The notes under the pieces were generated by a model. That model had not been told where the DNA came from. It worked only from the letters and a program-made list of their open reading frames with translations, and made no database searches. 64,000 bases of DNA, from contig NC_058383.1 in the NCBI RefSeq assembly GCF_018350175.1, positions 23,996,001 to 24,060,000 on the forward strand. Direction: 5' to 3'. Both the position numbers and the translations under genes were made by a program. This document shows positions 25,771 through 40,795 of the stretch, in pieces. The stretch comes from Felis catus. Taxonomy: Eukaryota. Each line of letters starts with the position of its first letter. Position 1 is the first letter of the stretch.

Positions 25771-27143
25771 TGTCTCATGGATTGGGTTCCACTGGAGCTG
25801 ACTCCAACCAGAGATTATGGATTAGCGTGCGGTCTTTACTAGGGAGTGCACTAAGGAGCAGCTCCTTTGGGGGGAGGGAAGGCAGAGGGAGCAGTTTGGC
25901 TATGATTCGGTTATTGGAGGCTTTGGCAGACCCCGTGAGCAACTCTGAAGTTGGGGTGGCCACTCAGAGTTGGGGAAAAGGGGCCAAGCCTTTATATCCC
26001 CACATGGACCAGTCATTGGAGTTGAGCTACCTCAGGAATGACCTTGGGTATGGCTACTCTTCAGCCAAAGACAATTCCTTGAGAGAGCCGACAGCTGAGA
26101 TCCATGAACCTACAACCTTCCCAGGAGCTGGGGACTAAGTCCTTCAGTCTTCAGGAGGACTGGGTAGCACAGGGCAACATTTGTCACAGTGCACCCATTG
26201 CACACCGATCCACCTGCTTCTTTTCAGTTCTGAGAGCAGGACCCCGGTGAGCATCTTTTCCTGTGGGAATCTTATGAAAGGAAGGTTAGCAGGACAAACC
26301 CCAGCTCCCCGTGTTGCTGCAGCTCATCTCCAGGCATAAGCGACATGCTCATCACCTCCCTCCTCTCCTGCCCATCCTAGATTCCTCTCACCTTTTGCTA
26401 GCACCTCTGGTGGTCTAGGTGGCTTATGTGGTGGGGTGGTTCGGACCTCCATCCCTGAGGAGTCTGAGCCACTTGTTGCCATGTATTTCTCGGGCTGTGG
26501 CTGCTTTTTTTGTCTGTTCACTGTCAAAATAGGGCAAGGGAGCACTAAGAGATACTCAGGTGGATCATGTGGGTGACAAACTGTTTCAATTTTCTCTGGT
26601 GAAAAATGGAACAATCTTAGTGCTTCCTTGTGCCCAAGGTGACGTATACACCTCCTCTACTGGGTATGGGGTTCTCATTATCACCTGGACAGCGGGGTCA
26701 CCCAGCTCCGAAATTCCATCTTGGCATCTACTCTTGCAGACCATCCCTGGTGCTAGCTGCTGCAGGTTGGGTGGGCTTTCCAGGAAACACTCTTGAGCTG
26801 CAAGGAGTTTATTGGGGAGTGCTCTTGGAAGCCACGCCCATGAGGGGAGGAAGGGGAAGCAGCATTAGGCAAAGGGAGAAGTCAGGTGGCAGTGCAGCCA
26901 CAGAAGGACCTCAGTAGACCCCACAGGAGGTCTGGAGCTGGGATTGCCCTCCAGGTTTGCTCGAGCTGGACTGAGGGAGCCAGATTTTTAGCCCACAGTG
27001 ACCAGTCACTGGATGTTAGCTGCCCTGGGAATGTGTAATCTTGGGCAGGGAGCTCAGCTGGAAGCAGGGGTGGGGTGGAGGAGCAGGAATAAATCCTTCA
27101 GTCCCGAAGGGGGATCTGGGCAGCACAGGATGGCATCCACAAC
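25771..27143 (-). mobile_element. Internally deleted ERVL-class provirus: two related LTRs (25771-26188, 26758-27143) around ~570 bp of internal sequence
   Basis: Both blocks share motifs (gactgaagga.tta.tcc, ccagctc.tg, cccaa.c..ca ends). The internal part translates on the minus strand to LLVLPCPILTVN...SGMEVRTTPP..PRPPEVLAKGERN, like the recalled ERVL pol C-terminal tail. Confidence 0.8.
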
Positions 27144-28299
27144 CGTTTGTATCCTGCAGTTCCACCCATTGGTGTGATCTTGGCATCTGACCTGAAGAGA
27201 GTTTTCAGCCTGGGATGGAGGGAAGGCAGATGGACACCCTACGTGCCAGGCGCCGATAGGCTCCCCTCCCTGAACCTCCGATGCTGACATGCTTTAGTTC
27301 CACAAACTCTCACTGTCCCCCTACTAATAGGAAAACACAGGAAAAGGATGCATTTTATGACAGAGTTAATTTGGTGTCTGCATAGACACCTTGCCAGACT
27401 GTTTGGAGGAGGAAACTGGTGATCGATCACAAGAAGCCACCTGCTGGAGACTCCTTGAGGTTGAGAGTAAGAAAATGGATGACTGTTCTTTCCCTTTGTC
27501 CCAGCCTCTGCAAGGTGGGATTTATTGAATGAAAATCTGCCCTGGTTTACTGTCTGGGTAGAGCCACAGAAACAGCCCGGTAAACTGGGTTTACCATGGA
27601 AATCTTTGCACAGTGTCTGACATCTAATAAGTGCTTGATAACTATTGAAGGCATGAATGTAAGGTGCATAGCTTCTCCGTTTTATCGGAGTGGGAATGAG
27701 GACAGGACCTACCTACCTCATCACATTGCTTTCTGTTTCTTCTAGAATATATTTTTGATAATTTACAGTTTTCTTAAATCATCCACTTGATCTGCTCGTT
27801 AAATCTAAGTCCAAGAGGATAGGGCCCTTGTTTGTCTTGCCGACTGTTGTGTCCCCAGCATCAGCACAAACCACAGAGCGGGCTTCCAGTAAATATTTGT
27901 CCTATGAGCGAATGTGTGTGTGGGAGGAAAGAATTATTTTGGAAAAAAGAAGGAAGAATTAATTTCTCTCCTAATCGTGACTCATTTTTTTTTTTCCCCG
28001 AGCCACCCTTGGCCCCTCTTCTCATGCAAAACATTGATGAAAACAGTGCAGTTCCAAAACAGTTGGGACTATTGATGCAGCAATATTAAAAAATATCATT
28101 ACTGGGAGTGCAGCAGGGGATTGTGTGATCTTATATGGGCTTCTAGTTAGGGTCTGCCTGGGCCCCACAATTTCACAGCTTTGCCACACCCGCCTCTGTG
28201 CTTCCTCCATCCTCCCCACTTCGGTTGTTTTCCAAGAATGGATGATGAACCCACTGTGAGCCAGACACTGTGCTGCTGAACGAGTTTGTTCTCCGCCAA

Positions 28300-28560
28300 A
28301 ACTTTCACTCACTCCTTTTTCCGAGTCCGCTGAGGCCTTGTGACCCCACGGATGCCCCACGTCTGCCCCCTGGCGGCCATCCCGAGGGGCAGCGCCGGAA
28401 ATCTCCTTGCCGCCCGGGGTCCCCCGGTCGCCAGCGGCCAGCCTGCTGTGCACCCCCTCCTCGCGGGTTCGAAACAGTTGGGAGTTGGACCCACTCCAGC
28501 TTCGGCTCCAGGAGGCGCCTCCTGAGCGGTCTGCCCTCCTGGGGCCATGGAGAAGGCCGC
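28300..28560 (+). promoter_or_regulatory. Small CpG-rich promoter / 5' UTR of PDZD9
   Basis: Local CpG enrichment directly upstream of the PDZD9 ATG. Confidence 0.65.
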
Positions 28561-28577
28561 CCATAAAAGCAAAAAAG
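28547..28577 (+). CDS. PDZD9: PDZD9 coding exon 1 (MEKAAHKSKK+G)
   Basis: gccATGg Kozak; resembles the recalled human N-terminus MQKASHKNKK; donor G|GTAACT; phase 1 matches exon 2. Confidence 0.9.
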
Positions 28578-28699
28578 GTAACTGGGGAGTGGGGAGAGGG
28601 AGACGCCCTGGAGACAAAGCCTTCATTACTTTGCCTCCCCTGTAAAATGGGAACGTCACCCTCTTGGCCTGGGAGTTAGCCCCTCGCCATCATTTGTTT

Positions 28700-29025
28700 A
28701 CCAAACTATAATTTACATACAGTAAGAGCCTCCCCCATCCCCCCCCGCCCATTTTTAGTGTATAGCTCTGAGTTTTGACCAATGAATACCCACATATAAC
28801 CACCACCACTATCAAGATGTGGAAGTTTCCCTCCCACACACGCTCCCTCCCCCCCGTCCCCAAATTACTCCAAATTGCTCCTCTTTGCCACCAGCCTGCA
28901 CTTCAGTGCCTGCCACTCCTGATCTGTTTCTATAGTTTTGCCCTTTCCACGGAGAGTGTCATAAAAGTGGAATCGTGTGGTATGGAGTCTTTTGAGTCTG
29001 CCTTCTTTCCCTTAACCCTGCTGTC
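28700..29025 (-). mobile_element. Old antisense L1 3' fragment in PDZD9 intron 1
   Basis: tataatttacatacagtaa...aaccaccaccactatcaagat...tctatagttttgcctttt signature. Confidence 0.7.
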
Positions 29026-29599
29026 TTTTGAGACTGGGTCTCCTATAGATTATTTTATCCTAAGCACAATGAAGTAGCAAGCTGAGGTTGGAACTCAGAC
29101 CTTGTCTGAGATGCCACTTCTCTGTATGCTCAGGAGCTAGAGGCTGAAGGAGGGTCTGACCTGCTCCAAATGGCTCCCAGAATCTTGAAAAATCTCCGAA
29201 TGTGGCACCTTCTTTATACTGGGTTACTTTACTTTCTATAGAGTCTCTGCGGCTTGGGGGAAGGTGAGGTTGGAGACAGCAAGGACACTTGCTTACAGGG
29301 AAGGGTCATGAACCTGGGGGTGGGGGGACAGGAGGGACCCCTCCCTCAGCAGGCCTCTTGGGCCCCCCCCCAAAACACCACAGTCACATGGATTTCGCAA
29401 AGGCCTGTCACTTGTCCTTCAGGAAGAGCTGCTGAAAACAAATGTCCCCAGAAACTTCCTGTGTACTGAAAATGAGTCTTCTGAGAAGCTTCCTCTTAGG
29501 AAAGTAACTTGTTTTAAATCACTCCATAGTCTTTGAAACTTTTCTTGTGAGAATCAGTTCTGGAGAAAACATACTTCGGCACCCTTCCACCACCACCCA

Positions 29600-30222
29600 T
29601 TTTCCCGGATTTTCCTCCCAAATGATCTTTCGCTACCATTTCCACTGACCTCGCCATGGCATGCTTGGGTGACTCCAGTAACACTTTGATTTCCCACATC
29701 CACTCTGGATCCCGCAGTCTGTGCCCCGCACAGCAGCCAGCCGGGTTCATTTGTTTGCTTTGTGTAAGAAAATACAAATGTTACAGGGTCCCGCTTAAAC
29801 TGCTCCTAAGCTTTTCCAGTGAGGTAAGCCTGTGAGGCCGCGCCAGTCGGCTGTGACTTTGCTCCTCACGAGTGCTCCAGTGCATCTCTGTTCCTTCCTC
29901 ACAGCCTCAATCCAGTTTGCTCCCTTCCACCCTCCTTTGTCTCAAGATTTCCTGTTGGTCTTTTTGACCTCGATTCAAATTTTGCCTCCTGTATGAAGCC
30001 TGAACTGCCTTCCCCGCAGGATACCTTGGCCTCCTGGCAGTCCTCCTCAGAGCTCTCTGTATTTTTCCTTCATAGCATGTGTTACAGTTTGTTATTCAAC
30101 ATCTATTTATGTGACTGATTAGTATCTGTCTCTTCCACTAAGCTGCAGGATCCATAAGGGCAAGAAACTGCTATTTCTTAGCACACTGCCTGCATCAAGA
30201 AACATTTGTCAAGTGAATACAT
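29600..30222 (+). mobile_element. L2 remnant including the 3' end
   Basis: tgtctcttccactaagctgcaggatccataagggcaag...catttgtcaagtgaat. Confidence 0.7.
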
Positions 30223-30361
30223 AATAACTGACATTAATTAAGCACTCAGCAGGTGCCAGGCACTGAGCAAAGCCCTCTGTCTCATTTATTCTCATAACAA
30301 GTCTCCAAGCTAGACACGTACTGTCCTCACTTTACTGATGAGGAAACTGAGAAATAAATAG

Positions 30362-30775
<414 letters not shown>

Positions 30776-31649
30776 TAATAACCCTCCCTCGCTGTTTTAT
30801 TTTTTCTCTGAATTCTTACAGTAAGTCTCTAGGTAGGAACTACTGTCATCCCCCTATCACAGGGGAGGAAACTGAGGCACAGAGATTGAGTTCCTTATCT
30901 AGGTTCACCCCGCTCTGGCAAGTGGGATGGTGTCATTCCAGAGTTTATGCCTCTCTGTGGACAAACTTTTCTTCTTCTAGGTAGGCAGTATTAATCATTG
31001 TTAATGTTTAGAAGCATGATCTCATTTCATCCTCCTGACAATCCCTGAGGTAGATTCTGCATTAAACCACCGTATAGATAAGGAGTCAGATATTTAGTAA
31101 ATTGCCCATTGTCACACCAGGGATCAGGGATTTGAACCCTCTCTGTTAGACTTCAGAGCCCAAGGCCTTTGATCAACACTGCCCTGCTTCTCTTGTCTTT
31201 GGGAGAATGAATTTTCCATCCAGTTCAAGATGTGTTTTCCAGTGTCTGCTCCAGTTCTAGGGCTGTGCTCAGGAGTCAGGGAGGCACAATGGGATGGTAA
31301 GGTGGTGAGAAACAAGAATCATCCGGTTTTAGCTGGGCCTGAATTCAGTCAGGCCCAGGCTCTGTCACTTTCTAGTTCTGTGACCTTGGGCAGTCATTTA
31401 ACCTTCTAGGCCTCAGTCACCTCATCTCTAAATTGGGATAAGAGCTACCTTCCTCAGAGGTTGCTAGGATTTGGAGAGATAAATTTTATGAAAGTGCTTT
31501 GAAAACGACAGTTCTATGGAAATACTGGCAATCATTTCTCTTAGGCTGTTCTTAGAGAGTTTCCTGACTTGTGGCTTTTCTTTCCTGTTTTCTTTAAATA
31601 AAAAATGATTGTGGTACAGGAGCCCCAGTGGATTAAATTACTGATTTAT

Positions 31650-31812
31650 AATGCTACTTCCTAGAATCACCTTGGGAGCTTTTAAAACTGAGATGCCTAG
31701 GCCCCATCTCCCCAGAGGTTCTGATTCAATTGATAGGGGGCTGGGGACAGGGCAGTTCATGATTTAAAAGCTCCTCAGGTGATTCTAACTGCAGCTTGTG
31801 TTAGAAGCAGGG
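31650..31812. mobile_element. MER5A-like hAT-Charlie element
   Basis: agaatcacct.gggagcttttaaaa ... tttaaaagctcctcaggtgattct internal inverted repeat. Confidence 0.8.
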
Positions 31813-33919
31813 GATTAAAGAAGAAAATAGATAAATGATGCCATTATGAAAGTTTGCCCCTACCTTATAATCCAGAACATTCTCTCCAAATGTCAGTGCT
31901 TGGTGCTGGGGAAGAAAAGCACCAGGGAGACAGTTCCAGACCAAAAGAAGTCCAGCACAGGTTCCCATGAGCTTTTCCTCAGTTTCTCTGGGGTCAGGCA
32001 ACAGAAGCTGATTCATAACCAGAGCACACATTCGCTGGAGTGGGACAGGAGTGTGCATTTATGCACAGGAAACAGAACCTCATGTTGTGGCCATGGTTAG
32101 TGGGCTCCTGGAGGTCAGAGGCAGTCTTGAATTCATCTTTTAAATCCAGGATTTACCTTTAATGCTGGCACATATTATGTCTGTGCATTAGTAAATGAAT
32201 AATAAATGTTTGTTACTGGCATTGTGCAAGGTGTTTCCACATCTATTATCTAATTTAGTCTTTACAAACTCCTGGAAGGTCGATAACACAATGTAGAGGG
32301 TTGGAGATGTAGTAACTTGGCCAATACACGGAGCTAAGTGGGGGGGGCAGAGCTGGGACTTGAACCCATGTCTAGAGAGCCCACACTTTTGACTGGAAGT
32401 GGGATTTCAGTACCGGAGAGAGTCCAGAGTCCCAAATCTCTTCATGATGGGTCAGTCACTTCTCTTCAGGCTCTTGGTTTCAAAGACCAGAATTCAGTCC
32501 TTTTAACAATGAATGAGATTTTCAGAGGTGATAGTCCCACAGACCTGCTATTTCTTCGACCCTGTTACCTCCCAGCCCCATTATTTCTCATCCACGTGTT
32601 TTACATTTTTCTCTTCTGGTGTTTCAAATTGGGTTTCATTTCCTATTGAATTTGCTAGTTTAGTTTAGTGTTTGTTTATTCTGGCTAAATTTAAATTCCT
32701 TTTGGCCAATATGGCTTTAAATAGACTGATATCTAGAGTTTTAAGAAATAGTATAGCTTTGAAGGTAAATACAAGTCATATACTGGTCACATTCATTCAA
32801 TATGCGTTTCCTGAATGCCTACTGTGTGCAGGTGTCCTGCTAGGCATGAGGGCATAATGGTAAGCCAAACAGGTGTGGTCTCTAGCCACCTGGAGCTTGT
32901 GGAACTCAGAGCCTTGTCGGGAGAGATGGAGAAAAATAAATAAAAATCTATTTTTCAGTAGTGGCTTGGCTGCTGCAAAGTTGATTTAATATAGGTAATC
33001 GAGACAAGGTTTATAATAATGTGGTTCCTACAGCCCATTAAAACAGAAAAAAAAAAGTGTAATGGGGTTGGTATTCATAAATACCAGATTGATGTTTCTT
33101 TATGAAGGGCAATGTTAATATCTATTGCCAGAGTAATCACATTCATACAATGACACCTTTGGTTTACAGTCAGGATGGTCAGGGAATTAAGCTGTTTATT
33201 TTCTGCCCTCTTGATAAAAAACATCTTTCAACAACGTAATTAAGCAGAATGCCAAGCCAGAGCTTTCAGCTATAAACGTTCCTTTTAACATCAGGCACGT
33301 AAACTCATCCAGTGAGGTGTTTGGTTTTGTTTTGCCATTGTAATTAACCTCTGTAGGATGAACAGCTGTTTCAGATGGCACACTCTGCAGGTGGCTGGGA
33401 GAAGCTTGTTTCATTCTGAAGTTAGCTGCAGATCCTAGGCTGGTTTTATCATCAGCTACTTAGTAAGACCAAAGCAGGTTTTTCTTCACCCTTCCAAGTA
33501 TTCATTTTCTTCAGTACTTTTAAGCTTAAGTTCTTTTTAAACTGAAGTTTCTGATAGGATCTAGCACCATGAAAGTTTGTCCTTGGAGCCTTCCTTTGAG
33601 ATCAGCATTAATTCCCAACTACAGCACAGTGGGGTGTAGTATCACAGAAGGTACTGCATCCTCTCTCCTCCTTGGAGGTTAGGCTTCTGCTGTCTGGGAA
33701 TGAAGGTAACTGAGGGGTCCCTAGCTTCTCACGCACAGAGAAATGAACACATCCTTTGGGACTTGATTGGAGTCCCTTTATCCAGTGTTAGTGATAAAGT
33801 CTCCATTACCATTTGGCAGGCTGTTAGTTCTAGTAAGATCTGAAGACTAAGATTTTACCTAATGTGAGCCCTTAAGAAGTAATTTCTTTGTATTCCTTCC
33901 TCTCTTGCTGAATATCCTT

Positions 33920-34230
33920 GCAGTAGTCAGGATTCTTCACTGCAAGCAATCAAAAACAGTGCCTGTGAAGGCACTGAACTTAGAACCTTGAGTCTGACAG
34001 AACTGCCAGAAAGGCTGGAGAACCAGGCTTGGAAAATGATGACAGAACGCGGGGCCATATAGAACTACCCCTGGAAACCGGGTGCTTCCATCACCCAGCT
34101 GCATCTCCTGCCCGGGTTCAGTGACCCAGTGGCTGGATCTAGTTTACATGTCCATGCCCTAGGTGCTGGCGGCAGGGAGGTGGGCAAAGATATGCACTTA
34201 GGGGGTCCAGGGACTTGCTGTCAAGATGTG
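33920..34230 (-). mobile_element. Degraded MaLR (MLT1-like) LTR remnant
   Basis: Start tagtcaggattctt..tgcaagcaatcaaaaac resembles the reverse end of old MLT1 LTRs. Confidence 0.4.
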
Positions 34231-34465
34231 GTTTTCTTCCCACTTGCCAGGAGATCAGAAGCTCTATGGTTGACCATCACACTTCCCTTCCTGTCCAGCA
34301 ATGCCCTAAAGTAGGAAGTCTAGCTTTCAAATCCCTTTATCCAACATACTCTCTATATACACATCTTAAGCTTAAAGCATGCTAAATGTCCATTGTTTCA
34401 TGCAGAATTACCTGCTCAACTAATACTGCACAAGGCAGAAAATTAAAATGAAGGGCTTTATGTTA

Positions 34466-34679
34466 ATTTTTTTTTTAACGTTTATTTATTTTTGAGACAG
34501 AGGGAGACAGAGCATGAACGGGGGAGGGTCAGAGGGAGAGGGAGACACAGAATCTGAAACAGGCTCCAGGCTCTGAGCCATCAGCACAGAGCCTGACGCG
34601 GGGCTTGAACTCGCGAACTGCAAGATCATGACCTGAGCCGAAGTTGGACACTTAACCGACTGAGCCACCCAGGCGCCCC
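34466..34679 (-). mobile_element. CanSINE
   Basis: Perfect TSD gaagggctttatgttaat. Confidence 0.95.
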
Positions 34680-35033
34680 AGAAGGGCTTTATGTTAATAG
34701 AGTGGAGGGCACTGGAAATTGCCAGGCAGGTACAATAGCAAGTAGGTCATTTACTCACTTAGTGTAAGTGGTTTTTTTTTTTTTTTTAATAATAATGACT
34801 ATTCCTTTTACTCGAAACAAACATTTTTAGAATCCTAAAGGATGGTTCAGATTATAAACGATTTTTAGCCTCTTTCACACCAAGGACTAAAGAAATACCA
34901 TAAAAACATGATATAATATCTTCTACACCGCTATTAAGAAACATCTTGCATGCATTCATTATGCGAAGGACACTCATGTCACCTAGTTGGTCACTTTTAT
35001 TAAATAAAGGCTGGAGTCTGGTTGAACTTGTAA

Positions 35034-35312
<279 letters not shown>

Positions 35313-35492
35313 TAAGTCGTTCATTTTAGGAAAACTTTGTTGTGCTACTGTTCCCCAGAGCCTGTGAAGCATGTGGTCTTGGTGAAACTGCTGCAGTAAT
35401 TTAGTGGGTTTTTAAATCCTTTTGGAGAAGTACAATCTGCAGGACCTGATGTGAGGCAGATTGATAGAGGCAAGAGCCTTGAATCTGGAGCT

Positions 35493-35556
<64 letters not shown>

Positions 35557-35601
35557 CATCTAATGGGAAAAAGAGAGAGAGAGAGAGAACCATCTAATGG
35601 G
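35493..35601 (+). repeat. (GA)n microsatellite with local tandem duplication
   Basis: A-run, (GA)n, accatctaatggg occurs twice in tandem. Confidence 0.95.
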
Positions 35602-35759
35602 AGCTCGGCCTCCAAATCTACCTGCAATGTGTCCCTTTGTCCAGAGTCAGCCTCAAACGTGCTGTGGATCCCACGCCCTCATTTGTCTCCTGCACATTCA
35701 GCTTTTCTGTGGATCCTTCTCAATAACATGTAAGGCTTTTGGGGCCTCTGCCTCTTTAC

Positions 35760-37106
35760 AAACCCCACCTTGACTCTGCTGCCCTCTCCCTGCCCCCGGC
35801 CACAGTCCTATCCCTTTGGCTCCAAACGTGCGTGACGAGCTGTATCAGATGTGGCCATTTCCCCAGGAGATGATTTCCCAGGCGCTCTCCCCCAATCTCA
35901 GTCCAGGCTTTGCTGTCTTCACTTGTCCAAGAGGCCTCTTTGCAGGGCCACTCACAGCCCTCAGGTTGATTCCAGCAGACTCTTCTCAAGTCGTCACTGT
36001 GTGTGGCTCCTGAGCAACATTCGACACTGTACAACTCCCACCCCCTCTTCTGTTGAAACGTCTTCCCCAGGCTTCAGCCTTGGAGTTCCCCAGCGCTCAG
36101 TCTTTGGCTTCCTTCTCTCAATTTCCTGGGCACCCTCACTGATGCCTGTGGTTTCCGTCCCTCTCCCTACAGGACTGATTTTCAAATTGTACGACCTTCA
36201 AACTTATATATTTAAACCCTTTCTCTCTCCCACTTGGTGGCTTCATTTGGATGTATCACAAACCCCTCACACTCGTTATGCCTAAAGATCAAGAGCCAGC
36301 TAACTGCTTATCTCCTTGGGGTGGTCCTATCTTACTGGGGGAGCATTTGCCTAGTTGAACAAGTCAGAAATTTAGAGGCTATGCTAGATTTCTCCATCTC
36401 CCTTGTTTCCACCCCATATAATCACAAAACCTGTCATTTTATCTTCCGACTCTCTCTCACATTTGTCCATCTCTCTCTCTCTGGCCACTATCATCACCCC
36501 AGTCAGAGCCACCGTCTACTCTCTTCCCCTATTCATTTGCTACACAGAACAATCCTTTTACAGTGCAAATCTGAATGTGGCGTGTTCCCTGCTGAAAATC
36601 TTTTTAGACCTCCTGTTCTCAGGATAAATGCCCAAACCCTTACACTGGTCTATGCTACTGCATGTATCCCGCATGGGGTCTGTATCCCGCAGCCTCACCA
36701 CATACTGCTGTCCTCTTCCCTCTCTAGTCCACTTTGCCTCTCAGCTTCTTTGTCTTATGTTTCTTTGCCTCGGACTTTACACTTGCCCTTCTCTGTGTAC
36801 AACATGCCTAGGACTCTGTCATTACTCACTGTTGAAGGCTCATGGTGCAAAATTTTTCCAAGGGGCCTTCAAGTTAGGAAGTGTTAAAACACTGTCTGGT
36901 CCATCTGTCATATGCTTTCAGAGAAACATGTGTATCTCCTTCACAGCATTTATCCTAATTTCAATGAAGTAATCTGTACAATCTATTGTTTACTATGTTG
37001 CCCTGGGAGAACGTAAACTGAAGGCAAGGACTAAGTCTGCGTTGTTAGGCTAAATCTACCACAGGACTTTCACATGGCTGAGGGCTCATTTATTCAGAGT
37101 GAATGA
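35760..37106 (+). mobile_element. L2 remnant
   Basis: Pyrimidine-rich degraded L2 ORF2 and 3' end (ttggatgtatcacaaaccc, gaaggcaaggact...gagtgaatgaa). Confidence 0.7.
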
Positions 37107-37124
37107 AAATTAAAATCCAGCTTT

Positions 37125-37343
37125 GGGGGCGCCTGGGTGGCTCAGTCGGTTAAGCGGCCGACTTCGGCTCAGGTCATGATCTCGTGGGTCCGTGAGTTCA
37201 AGCCCCGCGTCAGGCTCTGTGCTGACAGCTCAGAGCCTGGAGCCTGTTTCAGATTCTGTGTTTCCCTCTCTCTGACCCTCCCCTGTTCATGCTTCGTCTC
37301 TGTCTCGAAAATAAATAAACGTTAAAAAAAAAATTTTTTTTTA
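37125..37343 (+). mobile_element. CanSINE
   Basis: TSD aaaatccagctttg. Confidence 0.95.
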
Positions 37344-38277
37344 AAAATCCAGCTTTGAAGCTCAGGCAAATCACTTAATCTCTGAGAGCTTGTTTATCTG
37401 TAACACAGGAGTACCAGAGACTCCTCTGAGGATCAGATATGTGAGGAAGTTCTGTAGAACATGAAGACATGTAGAACATGAGATCCTTCTCCTTCAGTGA
37501 CAAGTTCAGTGCTCTGATGCAAGAGTGGTGCTTATTAATTTGACAGATTTCTGAGCACTAGTTGTTACAGCTGTGTATCTTTGGTTATTGGGATGGGCTC
37601 AGGGAAAGCTGGCTAGGAACTTTACTAAGGACTAAAAAATGGTCCACACTGGATAGACATTACTTCAGATATTCCAACTTTTGGTCCAAGGGACTGATAT
37701 GGCCAACAGATGTGCTTTGCTAGTCTCCCACAGCATTTTAAAAAGCCGGAATAGCAGTGACTGTAGAGAGAAGGAAGGATATGGAGGGGCTTTTCCAAGG
37801 GCTAGCAAAGTGTTTGTAAGTTTTTTCATTTAACTAGGTTTCTTTTTTTCATTGTTCTGTATATTTCAAAATTTTTAAATAAAAAATATTTGCATTAGTT
37901 GCCAAATTTACATATCTAAGATTCCATGAAAATTATCTGCATCTCTGGTTTCTCCTAAAAAATTAGAAGATGGGCTTGTGTTCTCACATGGTGACAGTGG
38001 ACCAGAGCTGGTACCAGCTGTCCCCTTAGATCAGACACAAATTAGGGACAAGTTTTTCCAATAACCAAACCAATCATGACAGTTAAAAATCATTAATGAT
38101 AACAGTGAACACTTATTCATTGCTTACTATGTGGTGGACACTGCTTTACAAGTATTTTGCCATTTAATCCTCAGGTTAATTCTTTTTATTATCATGGTTA
38201 CATAAGAAAACTGAGGCCAAGAGAGGTGTGTGTAAACTTGCCAGTGGTCACAGGACTAAGTGTGACTAGATCTGTCT

Positions 38278-38486
38278 CTAGAGCAACAATATCCAAGAAC
38301 TTACTGCAATCGTGTAAATGTTCTTGATCTGTTCTGATGTGGTAGCCACGGGCTACATGTGGCTATTAAGTGCCTCAAATGTGAGGATTTGCAACTGAAG
38401 AATTTTAGGTTTTATTCAAGTTTAATCAATTCAAATTTAGCTGCCATACCTAGCGGGTGGGCCCTGTACTGGGGAGTGCAGCTCTC
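38278..38486. mobile_element. MER3-like hAT-Charlie element
   Basis: tggtagccac..gctacatgtggctattaagtgc..aaatgtg motif. Confidence 0.7.
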
Positions 38487-40186
38487 AAGGCTGAGTTCTT
38501 AATTACTTATTTATAGAACGACTATGTTGTTCACATTTTAATTGTTCAGAGTTTGAGATACAGAATTTTAAAATCTAAGAATGACAGACCGACCATTCAA
38601 AAGTAAGGAGGAAACACAGAAATAGCACAACTCAAGTATGAGACTAAAGCCCACAGGACTTAAGAACAATACCAACCACTTTCTAAATCCCTTTCTTAAT
38701 TTGAAACAAAGTGCTTATATCTAAGGCACTTTAGTAATTTATGTGGAAAGGACAGAGAAGGAGCACAAAGGGAAAGAAAAGGCATCTTACACAAAGCTGG
38801 TATGATCTTTTTCAGGAGTAAATGGTACTGTGTGCCCATTGGAGAATATTCCACATAATGCTCTGGGCAGGTCCAGTGATAGAAAACTGTTTGTAATTAA
38901 CTCTGACTTCTGCTCGTTTGTGGCTTTATAATCCTACTTCAGTTTAATAAGAATCGGACCCTACTACCTGTCCTTTATAGTTACCTAATACAGAGTTACA
39001 AAAGATATTCTTTGCAGTCTGAAAAAAAAAAAAAAAAGTAACCTGGATTTTGTTTTCATTCACATGCTGTTCAGGAAGTCCTAGGCATGTCTGAAGGCAA
39101 CCTGTTCTAGTCCTGAGGTCTTCTGAACCTCCTTGCACAGCACTAAATCAAGGATGAAGGAAAATCACACAATAAGACTAGCGGCTCAGTTACTAACTGT
39201 TTATTATAAGAGAGAAACTTTCGGAAAAGCTGTTCGCAGTTTTGGGAGCAAGTACAACGGTCACACCTGCAAGAATATTATTAGTGATCATGCAAGCCAA
39301 GTCTAAAAGATTGGGGGGTGGCGAAGAAAACAACTTCATATTTCCTATTAGTAGGACAGATGTACCAAAGGTCTATAATCACAAAGATCTTTGTTAAATG
39401 AATGTTAAAATCTAAGAATGGATATGCTGGGCAACAGCGCCAGGATGAGGGGGAGCAGGTAACAGCATTTGTTCAGGAAAGTAATGGCAGGCTCAGGTAT
39501 GCAGACATTAGAAAAGTTCAAGAGAACTGTAGATGATAGCAGGCAAGCATTGGTCAAGTTTCAACAACCAAGAAAGCTAATAGTCGGGGATGTGAGGGTG
39601 ATCTGGCTGCAACATCTGTCACTCCAGTGATCACCAGGTGTCCCCTTCCTCCCTCACCCCTCCACATGCATCCCTTCTGAAGCCGCATGCTCAGTTGAAG
39701 ACGACTGGTTCTTCAGTCAAGGGTATATGAGTAGCTGCTTTCCTCTGCTAAAAACCTCCATACAACCTCTCAAGAAAGCCAATAGTTGGGGCAGGTAACA
39801 AAAAAAATCTTTAAAAGCTTTTGGACAGCAACAGAGAAGTGGAATAGTGAATGAGACACATCTGGATGTAGAGGGTGTTGTATAAATACACATTTGTAAA
39901 CCCAAAAGAGAGGCAAATGATGGTTCTCAGGAGAAAAAAAGGCGGCTCAAAAATTTCCCGATGACTAGTGTACTTAGAGGTCCACTAGTTCCTGAATACC
40001 TTGGAAATTGGTAAGACACTGTTATTACTGACCCCATGTGACCCATGAGAAGAGTTCTGTGGAGGAGATGGCCAGGTTGACCTGTCATTCTGGAATGAAA
40101 TTAACCCACACCTTAAAACCTGCTAATATTCTGGTCAGTAGTCTGACTTAAGTTATTTTCAAACTTTTGAAAGTGATGTGAAATAA

Positions 40187-40795
<609 letters not shown>

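Noticed and set aside
35756..36972. Overlapping ORFs up to 217 aa in PDZD9 intron 3
   Set aside because: They lie in a degraded L2, and no domain or splice support is visible
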